Assembly (NCBI GenBank): GCA_965287045.1
Contig: OZ336882.1
Location: forward strand, 74,028,001 to 74,092,000
DNA from: Carcharhinus amblyrhynchos
Taxonomy: Eukaryota
Length of the DNA stretch: 64,000 nt
Direction: 5' to 3'
Shown: positions 24,640 through 37,449 of the stretch, piece after piece
Numbering within the stretch: the stretch's first letter is position 1
Layout: each line of letters opens with the position of its first letter
The notes under the pieces: model-generated
Database searches by the model: none
Told to the model about the DNA's origin: nothing
The model's input: only the letters and a program-made list of their open reading frames with translations
Position numbers and translations under genes: made by a program

Positions 24640-25760
24640 CGGAACAGAAAGAGGTTACTTAGCTTACTTTACAGAAGCGGAAAACAACAATATTGGGCCT
24701 ATCGATGTTGTGTTTTCCAAAACGCTCCGTGTCCATTGAAGTTAGAACACTTCAGATGCTTATCTTATACCTTTTGAATGGCTTGAAGATTTGTGTCTTA
24801 GTCAATATTTCAATCGGCGACTTCCAGAGTTCTACCACCAACTGTGTGAAAAAAAAGCTCACACTTGTCCTTCAGTCAACTGCTTATCCAAATCAATGAT
24901 CTCTCAAGTCAGGAATATAGATCCTTCCATATCACTCCACTAACGCCCTTCAAAATCTTCGAAGACACAATCAAGTGTACTATCACCATCCTCCGTTCAA
25001 GAAAATGACCGCAGCCTTTCAAAACTTTACACATAACTGCAATTTTCCAATACGGGAAATATAATCGTCAATGTCACATGCGCCCTTTCAAGTTCAATTG
25101 CATCCTTTCAGAAATGAGGTGACCAGAACATTATACAGTAACCAAGTTATGCCCAAAATTAAATTAATGAATTGCACAGCTCCAGCATAATCTCCCTGCC
25201 TTGAACATCAAACAAATCGATTCAATATTTCTCCTTAGTGCCCATATCAACCGATTACATTCAAGGATCCGTGAGCAATGCTCCGATTTTATTTTAGTTT
25301 TGCATTTCCACTACACCTTTCAGCATTCTCGCATTTATAGAAGCTGCATTTCCTTTCTCTGATGTCCGAAAATGTACCACCTCAAACTTTTCCGGTTTGA
25401 GTTCCATTTGCCGCCCTTCTTCCCATTGAACCAGTTCTTTGATGCGGCCCCACATTCTGCAACGGTTCTCCTCAGAATACAAGTGGCCGTATTTCACTTT
25501 GGGTGCAAATTTCATGATCATGCCTTCTTCATTAAAGTCAAAATCATAAACATGTAGGCAACAAGCAGCAAACCTCGTACTGAAATATGTGGAGCTCACT
25601 GGAAACCACCTCCCAGTCACAAAAAAAGGACATTCGCCAAGCGCCACATTTTTTTTGTAATTTTCCCTGCAGCTGAGACAAAGTTGTATCCAGCTTGCTA
25701 CACTCCTCAGGGTTATATGTGGGACCTTGTCAAAATGTTTGCAAAAAATAGTGTACACGA
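24640..25760 (-). mobile_element. Old degraded CR1 RT-to-tail fragment
   Basis: FDKVPH, VASWIQ, MKFA, QMELKPEKFEVVHF in ORF 25294..25758. Confidence 0.75.
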
Positions 25761-25911
25761 CAACAAATTACTATCCTTGCATATCATCCTTTTGTTTTCC
25801 TGAAACAGTTTAATCATGTTCGTTGGGACAAGCCCGCGTTCGACTAATTTGGTGGAATCCTTTGAGGACATTACATGTGGAGTGGATAATGAGGAACCTT
25901 TGAATGTGGTA

Positions 25912-27810
25912 CAAAGAACAAAGAACAAAGAACAACCCAGCACGGGAAACAGGCCCTTCGGCCCAACGATCCCGCGCCGCCATTTCAACAAAGCATTTTC
26001 CTACACCTACCCTGCCCCGGGTGTATGTGAATGGTACCCCTAATGTAGCCAGATTCAGGGGAGAATAGTGTAGGGTCAATTTGTTACACCAGTCAGCCTA
26101 AGAGCACATCTTTAGGGTGTGGGAGGAAACCGGAGCACCCGGAGGAAACCCATGCAACCACAGGGAGAATGCACAAACACCCACAGACACAGGCCCAAAT
26201 CCATGTATCCGCACAGCTAGCAGTGATAGTCACTGATCTGTTGTGGTGCCCGTCTGCTGGTCCAGGATTAAGCACACACAATGACATGAAGTACTAGGCC
26301 ACTCTCGAAACCTCCAAGAGCAGCCCACGCACGACCCACCGTGTGCATGCCCCTCGTTTGACAATAAGGTGGACCGACACCTGTGGATTAAAAGAGACAA
26401 AACATTAACATGTAATATTACATTTCCAGTGTCGTCCCGAGGCTCTGACCCTTTTTAATACCATCTGCTATAACCCTCCATCCCCGTTTCGCTCATGTGT
26501 CTATCTAAGTAAACCTTAAACAAGTCCAACATGCCTGCCTCCACCACCTTACTTGGTAGCGCGTTCCATACCCCCGCGACCCTCTGCGTGAAAAACCTTC
26601 CTCTAGTATCCAAATTATACTTCTCCCCCCTCACCCTTAGATCGTGACCTCTCATAATAGTTGTCCCCAATCTAGGGAAAAGCCTACCACTGACTCTATC
26701 TATTCCCTTCATTATTTTATACACCTCTATCAGATCCCCCCTTAATCTCCGTCTTTTAAGGTGAAGAGCCCCACTTTCTCCAATCTTTCCTCGTAACTCA
26801 GTCCTTTCATGCCAGGCAACATCCTGGTAAACCTCCTCTGCACCCTCTCCAGGGTCTCCACGTCCTTCCGGTAGTAAGGTGACCAGAAATGGACGCAGTA
26901 CTCCAAATGCGGTCTAACCAATGTTCTGTACAACTGAAGCATTAGAGGACAGCTCTTATACTCTATACCCCTTCCTATAAAGGCTAGCATTCCGTAAGCT
27001 TTCTTCACAACCTTCTCTACCTGTGTTGACACCTTCAGAGACTTGTGCACCTGCACTCCCAGGTTCCTCTGTATTTCTATACTCTTAATCAGTCTACCTT
27101 TTATCATGTAACTCCTCCCTGCATTATTCCTTCCAAAATGCATCACCTCGCATTTATCAGGATTAAATTCCATCTGCCATCTATCTGCCCAATATACCAA
27201 CCTATCTATATCCTGCTGTGTCACCTGACAATCTTCCTCAGCATCCGCCAATCCTGCCATCTTGGTGTCATCTGCAAACTTGCTGATCACACCACGTACG
27301 ACCTCTTCCAAGTTGTTTATATATATTACATAGAGGAGAACTCCCAGTACTGAGCCCTGCGGCACACCACTGGTGACTGACTTCCAGCCAGAAAAGGACC
27401 CTTCCACTACTACTCTCTGTCTCCTATTGCCCAGCCAGTTTTCAATCCATCTAGCTACCTGTCCTTGTATCCCATGTGCCTTAACCTTTTCTACCAGCCT
27501 ACCGTGAGGGGCTTTGTGAAATGCCTTACTGAAATCCATATAGATGACATCAACGGCTTGCCCATCGTCAACCGTTTTTGTCACCTCCTCAAAAAATTCT
27601 ACCAGATTCGTAAGGCAAGACCTCCCCTGAACAAAGCCATGTTGTGTATCCCTAATCAGATCGCAATGCTCCAAATGCTCATACATCCTATCTCTGAGAA
27701 TTTTTTCCAATAATTTTCCTACCACCGATGTCAAACTCACTGGTCCATAATTACCAGGGTTATCCCTACTACCCTTTTTAAACAGCGGTACCACATTAGC
27801 TACCCAACTG
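25912..27810 (-). mobile_element. Young CR1 of a second subfamily (long open RT region) with an extended 3' region containing a V-SINE-like core and a (GTTCTTT)n tail
   Basis: ORF 26742..27854: QHGFVQGRSCLTNL, YMDFSKAF, GVPQGSVLG, KFADDTK. The segment gggtttcctccgggtgctccggtttcctcccaca near 26120-26150 is the V-SINE/HE1-type core. Tail repeats at 25912-25932. Confidence 0.92.
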
Positions 27811-28987
27811 GGTATCTGGGTTTCCAGAAGGCATTTGACAAAGTGCCACAACAAAGACTGCTACATAAGATACAGGTGCATGGTGTTAGAGGTAATGCAG
27901 TAGCATGGATAGAAGTTTGGTTAAATAACAGAAAGCAAAGAGTGGCGGTAAATGGGGGTTTCCTTTTTTGTTGTTTCTTGTTGGCGGTCAGTGACTAGTG
28001 GTGTGCCTCAGGTATCAGTGTTGGAATCGGAGTTATTTACGATTTACACAGCTGATTTGGACATGGGAACCAAGTGCAGTGTGACAAAATTCGCAGATGA
28101 CACTATGATGGGTGGAAGAGCAAATTGTGCAAAGGACACCGAAAGTCTGCAGAGGGATATAGATAGCCTAAGTGAGTGGGCGAGGGTCTGGCACATGGAG
28201 AACAACGTCAGTTAATGTGAGGTTATCCACTTTGTTAGGAATAACAGTAAACTGAACTATTATTTACATGGGAAAAATACAGCATGCTGCTGTGCTGATG
28301 GACCTGGGTGCCCTTTTGCAGGAATCTCAAGGAGTTGGTTTGCAGGTGCAACAGGTAATTAAGAAGGCAAATAGAATTGTGCCCTTTACTGCTAGAAGGA
28401 TGGGGTTAAAAAAAAACAGTGAGATTATGTTGCAGCTTTATACTGTGCTAGTGAGGCCGCACCTGGAGTATTGGGTGCAGTTTTGGCCTCCACACCTGAG
28501 AAAGGATATACTGGCACTGGAGGGGATACAGAGTAGGTTCACTTGGTTGATTCCAGAGTTGAGAGTGTTGGTTTATGAGGAGTGAGTCAGTAGACTGAGG
28601 CTCTACTTATTCGAATTCAGAAGAAAGAGACGAGATCTCAGAGAAACAGGTAAGATAATGAAGGGAACAGATAAGATAGAAGCAGGAAATTTGTTTCCAC
28701 TGACTGGTGAAACTAGAAGTAGGGGACATAGCCTCAAAATAAGAGGAAGCAGATGTAGGACTAAGTTGAGGAAGAACTTCTTCACACAACTGGTTGTGAA
28801 TCTGTCGAATTCTCTACCCAGTGAAGCAGTTGAGGCTACCTCATTGAATATTTTTAAGGCAAGGCTAGATCCATTTTTGAACAGTAAAGGAATTAAGGCT
28901 TATGGTGTGCGGGCGGGTAAGTGGAGCTGTGCCCACAAAAATCAGCCATGATCTTCTTGAATGGTGGAACAGGCTCGAGGGGCCAGA

Positions 28988-29137
28988 TAAGAACATAAGA
29001 AATAGGAGCAGGAGTAGGCCATCCAGCCCTTCGAGCCTGCCCCGCCATTCAATAAGATCATGGCTGATCTGTCGCTGCTCAGTTCCACTTTCCCGCCCTC
29101 TCCCCATAACCCTTAATCCCCTCTCCTATCAAAAAAT
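28988..29137 (-). mobile_element. Young CR1 3' tail inserted antisense into the 3' UTR of another CR1
   Basis: taagaacataagaaataggagcagg... interrupts the host UTR between gccagat and actcctgctcctag. Confidence 0.85.
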
Positions 29138-30599
29138 ACTCCTGCTCCTAGTTCGTGTGTTATTGTACTCTTATTAAGCTAACTCTTAAGAAATTCATGA
29201 TTCCAGATTACTGATTTTTTTTCTGAATGACAATCTATCCTATTCAAAGGAATTAATTCCAATAATTTGGTCACTGACGTAGTTAGACCACTGATATATG
29301 TAATATGATCTATCCTGACTGTCTATCTTTAAACAAAGTTAAACATTAGCGGTCCTCCAAAGGACTTGGCCAACACCCCTATATCGGGCGTGGAAACTTA
29401 AAGGATTGCCAAACATTCTTCTGGCATTTACTCCCTAGTTTATTTTTACAGTTTGGTGTATGTTTCCTTTGGCTTTGAGGTAATACACATTTTCAAAAAT
29501 GCTAATCCAATTAATCTTTCGTCTCTGTTTCGATTTAACATTTACAATATTTTACTCACTCCTATATATCTGCATTACCTCTTTCATAAAACAAAACAGA
29601 CTCAGAACAATCATCATCCACCTCCAGCGCCTCTGTACATAGTCTGCTTTTTAACTTTCTTCAGGGGCCCTACTCTTCCTCCTTTTTCTCTATATTACCT
29701 CGGATGTATTAACACATCATTTTCGGGGTCCCCTTGATTTTGCATGACAATATTCTGCATACTTTGATTTTCTAACGCCCTTTTGGATTTTACACTTCCA
29801 GTTTCTGTGCTCCTCCTGACCACTGGCTCATACTGTCTTGCTGTATTTTTTTTAAAATTATTGCCATGCTTTTTAGGCCCCTGATGATTTTCAATTTCCC
29901 AGTTAACGGTGCCACCAATCTCCCCTCAAAGAAATTATATCCCAATCCGTCCAATTTTTTTCCATCTTTGTGCAGCCCTGCCAACATCTTCTGGAGGATT
30001 AATAACATTAACCAAAGTTTAGTGAGGATGTTTAACTCACAGTCTCAGGGATCACTTTACGGTTATGGTTAGGGAAATATTTAATGGTATAGGGATTAGC
30101 AATATATTTTGATCGCGTCAGATGGAGAGAGGCCCGTGTGGAACATCAGCACCATCTGCAACAGATATTCTGAATCGTCTGTTCCTTCCTCTGCTTCCTC
30201 TCGCTGTCAAAACCGTTTGCATTGTCTTCAGGTAGCACTTTCAAGATTAGAATAACTCAACGTGTAAAAATCAAGTCACCTCATCTCTTCTCTCGTTGTC
30301 ACCTGTGCCAATTATTGCCAAGAGCTTGAGGGTGATGTTGTGATGGACAAATTGTTTTATCAATCTTATATCTTCCCATAACGCTGCAATCATTCTGTAG
30401 CTTGAAGATCGGTGACAGAACGAAGTGATGAGATGATGCGGGAAAATACTCAACACACATTGCATATATTATGTGTTAGTTACGTGGATTATTGCGTTTC
30501 CGGGGATGGGGTTCGCTGGAGTAAAAAAGTCAGTGCAGACTCGATGGACTCCTTCTGCATTGCAGAGATACTGTATTTAACTATTCTTATTTGGTGAAC

Positions 30600-33500
30600 A
30601 CAGGGAATATCAGGTCACAGCTCACTGGACAGGTCATGACTTGGCCTTCTGTAGCTTTCTCTGACCTGCATCTCTGTTTTATTTGACTTGACCAAAATTC
30701 CTACTGTGTTTGATTTCCGTTGTCATTGGTGCCTTTGCAGTTTACCATCCAGCCGTAATCCTTCTTGATGATCCCGGAACGTTAAAAGAATTGGACCACA
30801 AACTATGACCAAGTTCACTGTCACTAACAATTATTAAGATATCAGTCAAACTAACTATTCAGGTATTACCTTTTTATTTCATCTTTATGTGTAATCTTTT
30901 TTCATCTCTGCGACATAATTGCATTTTTAACTGTTACATTCTTTCTTTTACATTTAACGAATTCAATCGTACATAGCATCAAACTAAAGTGCTCAATATT
31001 GTTAACACAGCAACATGTGACATGAAAGTAGTCCATGGTTGAATTTGCCCGTTTGTACATCAACTACAGAAATCATGTTGTTTTTTTCATAGCGTTAATG
31101 TCCCTTTTATCTTTTGTATTGTTTGGACGACTTTGGTAAATGTTCGATGAATATTAAATGACTTCTCTTTAATTTGTTTTAGTTTCCTTGGTAAAAGATT
31201 AAAAGTAGCGTCATTTTACTTTGCAAAGTAGTTAGCAACGCCTCTTTCAATTCATCTATAACACTGAAATATATTTCATATTTTATGTATATCAGTTAAA
31301 TCTGTATGTTTATTCTAGCTAGTACTTGATACTTAAAACAAAACGTGTTAATATTATATATCGATGTGCCATATTGATAAACATTCAGTGAGGCAGTAAC
31401 ACACATTTCCCATGACCCTTATAAGCTATACATGTAATGATCATATCAAGGCTTATAGCTTCTCTTGAACTATCGAAATCCACAACCATCTTAAAACCAA
31501 ACAAATAATGTTCCTTAGAATATGTTCGGCAAACATATATAATTGTATTATTTGTTTGTTGATATTTATTCAGATCAAACCTTCTCATCTACCCGTCTTC
31601 TCAACTGCATTAATGAAGACGTCATAAAATCCTCTCCACGTGGCATTTTCACGAATTCTTATAGTCCTTACTTCAGAAACTTTTGATTCAACTTCATCCA
31701 TTGGAATAGGTTGAACTCCCAATATTATTCCTTAGAACTGTCCTTGAGTGTCTCCACAATTGGTCTCAGAACAAACCCGAGTCAGCTGCCGAAATTCACA
31801 ACTTGCTATATTCGGACATCACTGTCCACCCTTCAAATGCTCGAATTGTTCATTGCTAATCATTGCTAATGGATCCTTTCACTGGGTAACTTATTGAAGA
31901 TACTTACAAAGATTTTCGGTCATCTGCAAACCATAAATTCTATTCTGCTGTTAACCATCATCTTACTTCCCCTTTAATAATTTGATTTATGGATCTAGCA
32001 TGACCTTCAACTCAGGTAATCATACATCTATCAGCTTGTTTTATCAGCTCCTCCTTAACTTACAGTTGGTCAATAGCATTTGCGTTGGTTGAATTTGTTT
32101 CATCTTTTTGCGTTAATTGCGAAATTAATTAATCAAATTGACTGGATCGAGTGCACAAATAATCGATATTATTGATTGATCAGAGAAAACCATTTTCAAA
32201 ATGTCCCGCACTCTGTGGAGTAAAACATAGCCCCACAACCACCTCCCCCCCCCCTCCCCCGCCTTTCAAAGGCAGTGTGTTGATCATCAAAGCAAGAAGA
32301 ACTCCATTTTCACTAGCACTGTGCCAGAAGCAAGATTGTACCAGCTATTATGAACGGATCATAATCAGTTCCCTATTTCGAACGACTTTACTTCCAGAAA
32401 TGGTTGCTCTCCAATTTTTACTCCTCTATGGAGACATTAACCATTAGATTTTGAACTTCTCTGATGACAAGATGCCCCGAGAAGACCAAGCCGTAGAAAA
32501 TTAAATCTTAGAAGGTTGGTGAACACCATAGCGGCAGCACGTGTAAACAAACCCTTGTCATAACCTGCAGACCTCCGCACCTGGAGACAAGCCATACTTC
32601 CAACCTACTTTAAACAATAAAATATGAAAGTCAGCAAGTTATTATCAGCAATTCAAGTATTAATGGGATTCAGTTATTTACCTGCAACATGGAAAATATT
32701 GTGGGGCGACAATAACTTCCCGGCACAGTGAAAGTATAGATTCAGCGACTAAATAACATTTCATCTATATGTGATGAAAAATGCGATCGATACAAAACCA
32801 GGTACGATCAAATTAATACTTGCGCATCCAAAACAATTTAATCCTGAGCGTTCTAGCGAACTGGTATCCTCTCATCATTTTCATTCAACGATTTCCTCGA
32901 CAAATTGCTTAATGTCTTGCTGAATTGTATTACTTTCTATCACACGTTCCTTGTTCTCAACCTCTGCACTCGCTACACATATTGTCTCACTATTTGTTTC
33001 CTCATTCTCACCTGAGTTTCTGACTAACTAATTGTTCATCTCGTACTCAACCTGACTTTGCTAAATGCTGTGGCCAGTTGGACCAGGTATCTGACAAACT
33101 TTCCATCCAACTGTCTGTTGGACTACCTCCACACATATCTGTAAAGCTGAGGTTAATGTAGAACTTGATGAGGAAGAGCTAGCAAAAGAGGAGTAGAATA
33201 AGCATATGTAGCATATACTTCCAAAATAACATGAGGTTGATGACTACAATGAACACAATATGCTTTGTTTTGATTTACATGTTCTGCCCCAGTCACTTCA
33301 GAAACATTAGAAGCTCAAACATATGTGCACTTACTTTATCTATAATAGTGAGAGGTCCAGATGACCTCGGAGTTAAGAACATACCGGGTTAACAAATTTG
33401 CAGCATGATCTGTTGTCCCACCATATACTGTATAGCATTCATTTTTCCAGCGAAATAAGCCTTACTTTTAATGCTTGTTTTGTACTATGTTAACAGCGCT

Positions 33501-34545
33501 TGAACATTGTCAAACAATTGCTATAATGTTTCTTGTAACTGAGGGCAATAATTTCAATTTCAGAAAATTTAAATCATAAAAAAAAATCAGTTTTAGACAT
33601 GGGACGTCCAGTCATCAAGATATGTGGATTAAATCCTGCTGGCCTTGAAATTACACTTGTCACTGTCATAACACAAGGGATAATACTACGTTCCATGAGA
33701 AATTGTTTTCCTGTACATGTTTGTGAAGCAGTGATTTTAAATTATAATTCAATCATTTCAACTATTCCACATGATCGAGGACGATAAACAACGCAATATT
33801 TCAGAGTGATCCAAATTCTTCATGACTTGAGCGGTAAAGTAAGTACTTTAATCTGATTCGATACTTAGTGGAAGCCCCAACCTGACATACACTTGTTGAA
33901 CCAAGATGTATGCTGCCACTTCCGCTGACTTACTGTCGGTCAGAAATGCTTCAGCCTATTTGCTGGAAGTGCCAATTATGACTAGTATATATTAATATCC
34001 TCCCTGAGATGGCTGTAAAGGACCATCATAACTACCTATAAATTAGTAGACTGTCCTTCAACTAGTGTGTCTCTAACTCCCCCTTACTTGCATACCTATC
34101 AGGTTTATTTTGAGCATATACTAAACATTTTTCTGCATTATGCTTTACATGCTTTTCCACATTTGACGATAACATATCCGTTGATTTGTCTACCAGTTGT
34201 TTCTGTTCCCCGATGGCCTTAAACATCACGAAACTGGTGAATGATTTGATACCATCTCGGATTAGCAGCACATACCATCCATTTTTACGAACAATTGCAT
34301 CCTGGAGTTGTAACTTATCTTTCCATTGATCATACGAAGCAGGATATACTCGGTTCTGTAACTGTTTAAAGTCATCATCAGGACGCTGCGGCTATTTGAG
34401 ATCTTCCATTTTAACCTGACCAAAACGAACAACATCTATCTGTTCACCCATTGGGGACTGCCATGCTTCCCCCTCTTGAGCACCCTGTTTTGCTGACGGT
34501 GCTTTTGTGAAGGGGTATTCCTGACACTTGTCCTGATTTTTGCCT
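30600..34545 (-). mobile_element. Degraded endogenous retrovirus-like provirus: RNase H end, integrase, GPY/F-like tail, env-like region, possible PPT and 3' LTR
   Basis: Minus-strand translation across stops and frameshifts: AKQGAQEGEAW (~34470-34495); DV*GHRGTETT...KCLVYAQN (zinc finger); GPLQPSQGGY*YILVII..SSK*AEAF; LGLPLSIESD*STYFT (~33835-33880); YRPRSCGIVE (~33757-33787); GFNPHILMTGRPM (~33598-33635); YMVGQQIML...LTPRSSGPLTIIDKVS...HVNQ.KAY. Env-like text lies at about 30900-32150. Confidence 0.8.
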
Positions 34546-34860
34546 ATGTGCAACCCACTGAGAGTCTCTTTAGGTGTGTGTACCTGTGTGTTTATCTATG
34601 TATTTTTGTATTGTATCTTGTGACATGTGTGCCAGCAGTATATCAGTGTAAGTTTACCTCGCTGTCTGACGTGTCTCTCTTGCTTTGTGTGTCGGTGCAA
34701 TTGCCTCGCTGTCTGTTTGCATGCGCTCCTCGTCGATGCCTCTGTGAATATTGCTTCGTATATGTGTACAAACCCATGGTTGCCTTTCTGCACATATGCT
34801 ACTTGATTGTGTGTCTCACTATACTTGTTTGAGCAACAACATGTGTGATCCACTCTCTGC
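34546..34860. repeat. GT-rich low-complexity tract at the truncated 5' end of the provirus relic
   Basis: Degenerate (GT/GTCT) units. Confidence 0.5.
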
Positions 34861-35294
34861 ATGTTTCATGGTACAATCCTCTCTGTTCATATATTTTCAT
34901 AGATGTCTCAATCACTTGCAACATTCGTTAGAAACTTTACAGTAAATAAACATATGCCAATGTACCAAATAGTGGAGGAGTGTGTTTCGGTGAAATACAT
35001 TTGTGTAGAGACCATAATAGCGCGATGGACTGAGCAGCACCGTCCTGTGCCCTAAAATTCGACGAGTGACTCTTCCCTTTATTAGTTTTTTTTTGCAATA
35101 TTTTAAATGCATGTCCAAGTACTTTAGATATGTAATGAGGGATTGTGTCCTCACCACCCTTTCAGGGTGAGTTTGGAGCACGGCTAACCTCTTGTCAGTA
35201 AAACTAATTTTCAATTGCTGATTGGGACGACTGTACGATTTCTTCTGACCATTGGCATATTGTTTTTTTTAGAATCAGCAATATGTGTAGACAT

Positions 35295-35450
35295 TTAGAA
35301 CAGAGAACCTAGAACAGTACAGCACAGTACAGGCCCTTCGGCCCTCAATGTTGTGCCGAGCTACGTCCAAACCCAACATCAAGCTGTCCCACTCCCTATC
35401 ATTCCAGTGTGCGCTGCGTGCCTATACAATAACCGCTTGAAAGTTCCTAA
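35295..35450 (-). mobile_element. CR1-type 3' tail
   Basis: tagaacagagaacctagaacagtacagcacagtacaggcccttcggccc tail and stem-loop. Confidence 0.75.
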
Positions 35451-36966
35451 AATAATTTGTCAAAGCCCATCACAGGGCGAACCTAAAACGTGAATAAATA
35501 TGCATAAAGTTTGTGCTTGTGTTTCCACACGCTAAGAGATTGAGAATTTCAAAGCTGAGTCTCATTGAGCTTAAGCATGAATTCTGTTTCCTCTCTACTG
35601 TGGGGTCTCATATGATTTTCCAACATTTAAGTTTCTTGGACGAAATGCGCTGAGTCTATTTGCAAAATTGTGACTTCAAGATTTGCCTCTATTGTCGAGG
35701 CTCCGGATTGGATACAGATTGAGGTCAGAATAAATTAGTTATTGGTGCCTTTTGGAACAATTCACAAATCCTCGCCGGAATGAGTTTCACAATAGTACAC
35801 CGTATTTTCAAAATATAATCTCAGAGTCAGGTTTATGATTTTTTTTAGGCTATATGTTACTATGCCCCCCACATCCCTACCACCAACCCCGGGGAATGCA
35901 AAACTGAATTAGGTTTGCAATCACAAGAACCATTGCATCAACAATTTCACAAAATAATCATTGATAATTGTGCAGTGCGAAGTACTGTATTTAACAGGAA
36001 TAGAATCAGCCATGGGAGAGGGGGAAAAACTTGTCATCTCTCCTATGCGTGTAGTACATCGGAGTAGGAGAGAAATAAGGTCATGTTAATTTTATGTTGA
36101 AGGGCACTTCAGGAGTCCGCTTCCATCTCCTGGAGAATCACAATTAATAACAGCAGAGGATGGCCCGCAAGGCAAACGGAATTTACTCACCTTTAGTTTA
36201 AGTGCAGCAGTCACAATTGTACAGTACTGAAGGGATTCAGTCACCACCAATGTTGCAGACCTTCCTTCATCACAACTATTCCTTTTCTCTGATTTACGTG
36301 AAGGCATACGTTCCTAGACGTGAGTTGACGACAGAGAAAAACAAAATGTTTACTGGGAAATCATCCTTGCCAGCCGTGTAGGGACTGAGTCGGCAACAGC
36401 CGTGGAATATTTCACCTCAGATTTATAAATAATGTTTTATTTATGTTTTTTCTACTAAAAAAAAACAAATTTCGATTTCAACATTTTCTCCCAAAGTGAT
36501 GCATCAAGCAGCAATAAAAACACAACTCACCACTTTTTTTTTGCTTCACAGGGTAATTTAGGTAATGTGCAATATGCCAGCTCTGAGCAGGAAGCTTTGG
36601 CTTTGAATCCCGCTCTGGGATTGTATGGTCACTGCACGAGAGAACTAAGATGGTGATCAATCTGGAAATATGTTGTACCATACTTTCATGGTAATTACTG
36701 CAAAAAAGGCGGATCTCTTGTCACCATTTGAGAGAAAGATAGTTGAAACCGCCATTGTAACTGTCCAAATATTTCAATTTTTCACTCCTTAAGTGAGCTG
36801 TATCATTAGCTTGTTTAATGACAGTCACTAATGCGAACTAGGTTTCAACATGTTTGTCTCCCTGCAGGATTGTTGTGTGTATAAATGTAAGTTGTCTGTC
36901 ATTGCCTTCTCCATAGATCAACTTTTTTTTCAGATCCTGCATTAGTTATCCACTCCTGAAAAGAAA

Positions 36967-37036
36967 ATGGGGCAGCCAAATATTCTGTTGGTAAAGGAGC
37001 TTTACTATCCAATTCTCGCAGCGGTTGGTGTCCCAG
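36967..37036 (+). CDS. GPR139-like gene 3, exon 1 (MGQPNILLVKELYYPILAAVGVP)
   Basis: ATG at 36967 in aaaATGg context, 70 nt, donor CCCAG|gtagtt; phase 1. Confidence 0.9.
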
Positions 37037-37449
37037 GTAGTTACTCGTTATCAATGTTAATATATGTCTACATCGGAAGGCAGCTCGTCGCTCTTGTGTC
37101 AGAATGGATAGTTAGTGAACCTGCTCATTGAGCCATATCAACACACTTGACTCATGCCATTTAATCCAATAACTTTATTGATGTTTCAATGTTTTTTTGA
37201 ATGTCCAATGCATGGGTTATAAATAATTAACTGCTCTGTTTGTGATCCTGCTCATTGTATGTACTGTAGCCACTTCAAAAACTGTTAGCACATTTCCAAG
37301 ATGATAGCTCCAATTTGATTTTTGTCGTCAAGTTGTTTTGATTTGATGGTTTTAACCAATAAATAAAGAAAAGTTGTAAAATGTGCACCATCTCCATAAA
37401 CGGTTCAATCTGTCACTGCAACATGACTAATGTCTTCTCTTCCTTACAG

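Larger units (their letters stand above)
25810..29170 (+). mobile_element. CR1 LINE (RT to tail), interrupted at 25912-27810 and 28988-29137
   Basis: TNLVESFEDITCGVDNEEPLNVV (to 25911) resumes as YLGFQKAFDK at about 27813, then GVPQ.SVL, KFADD and the 3' UTR. Confidence 0.85.

Noticed and set aside
26742-27854. 370 aa reverse transcriptase ORF as a host gene or autonomous element
   Set aside because: It is a 5'-truncated CR1 lacking the endonuclease; its start codon comes from the adjacent antisense CR1 and the C-terminus is frameshifted.
36877-36935. TATA-like tataaat and a ttttcag acceptor upstream of the gene 3 ATG
   Set aside because: A promoter cannot be distinguished from a 5' UTR intron or chance AT-rich motifs without transcript data.
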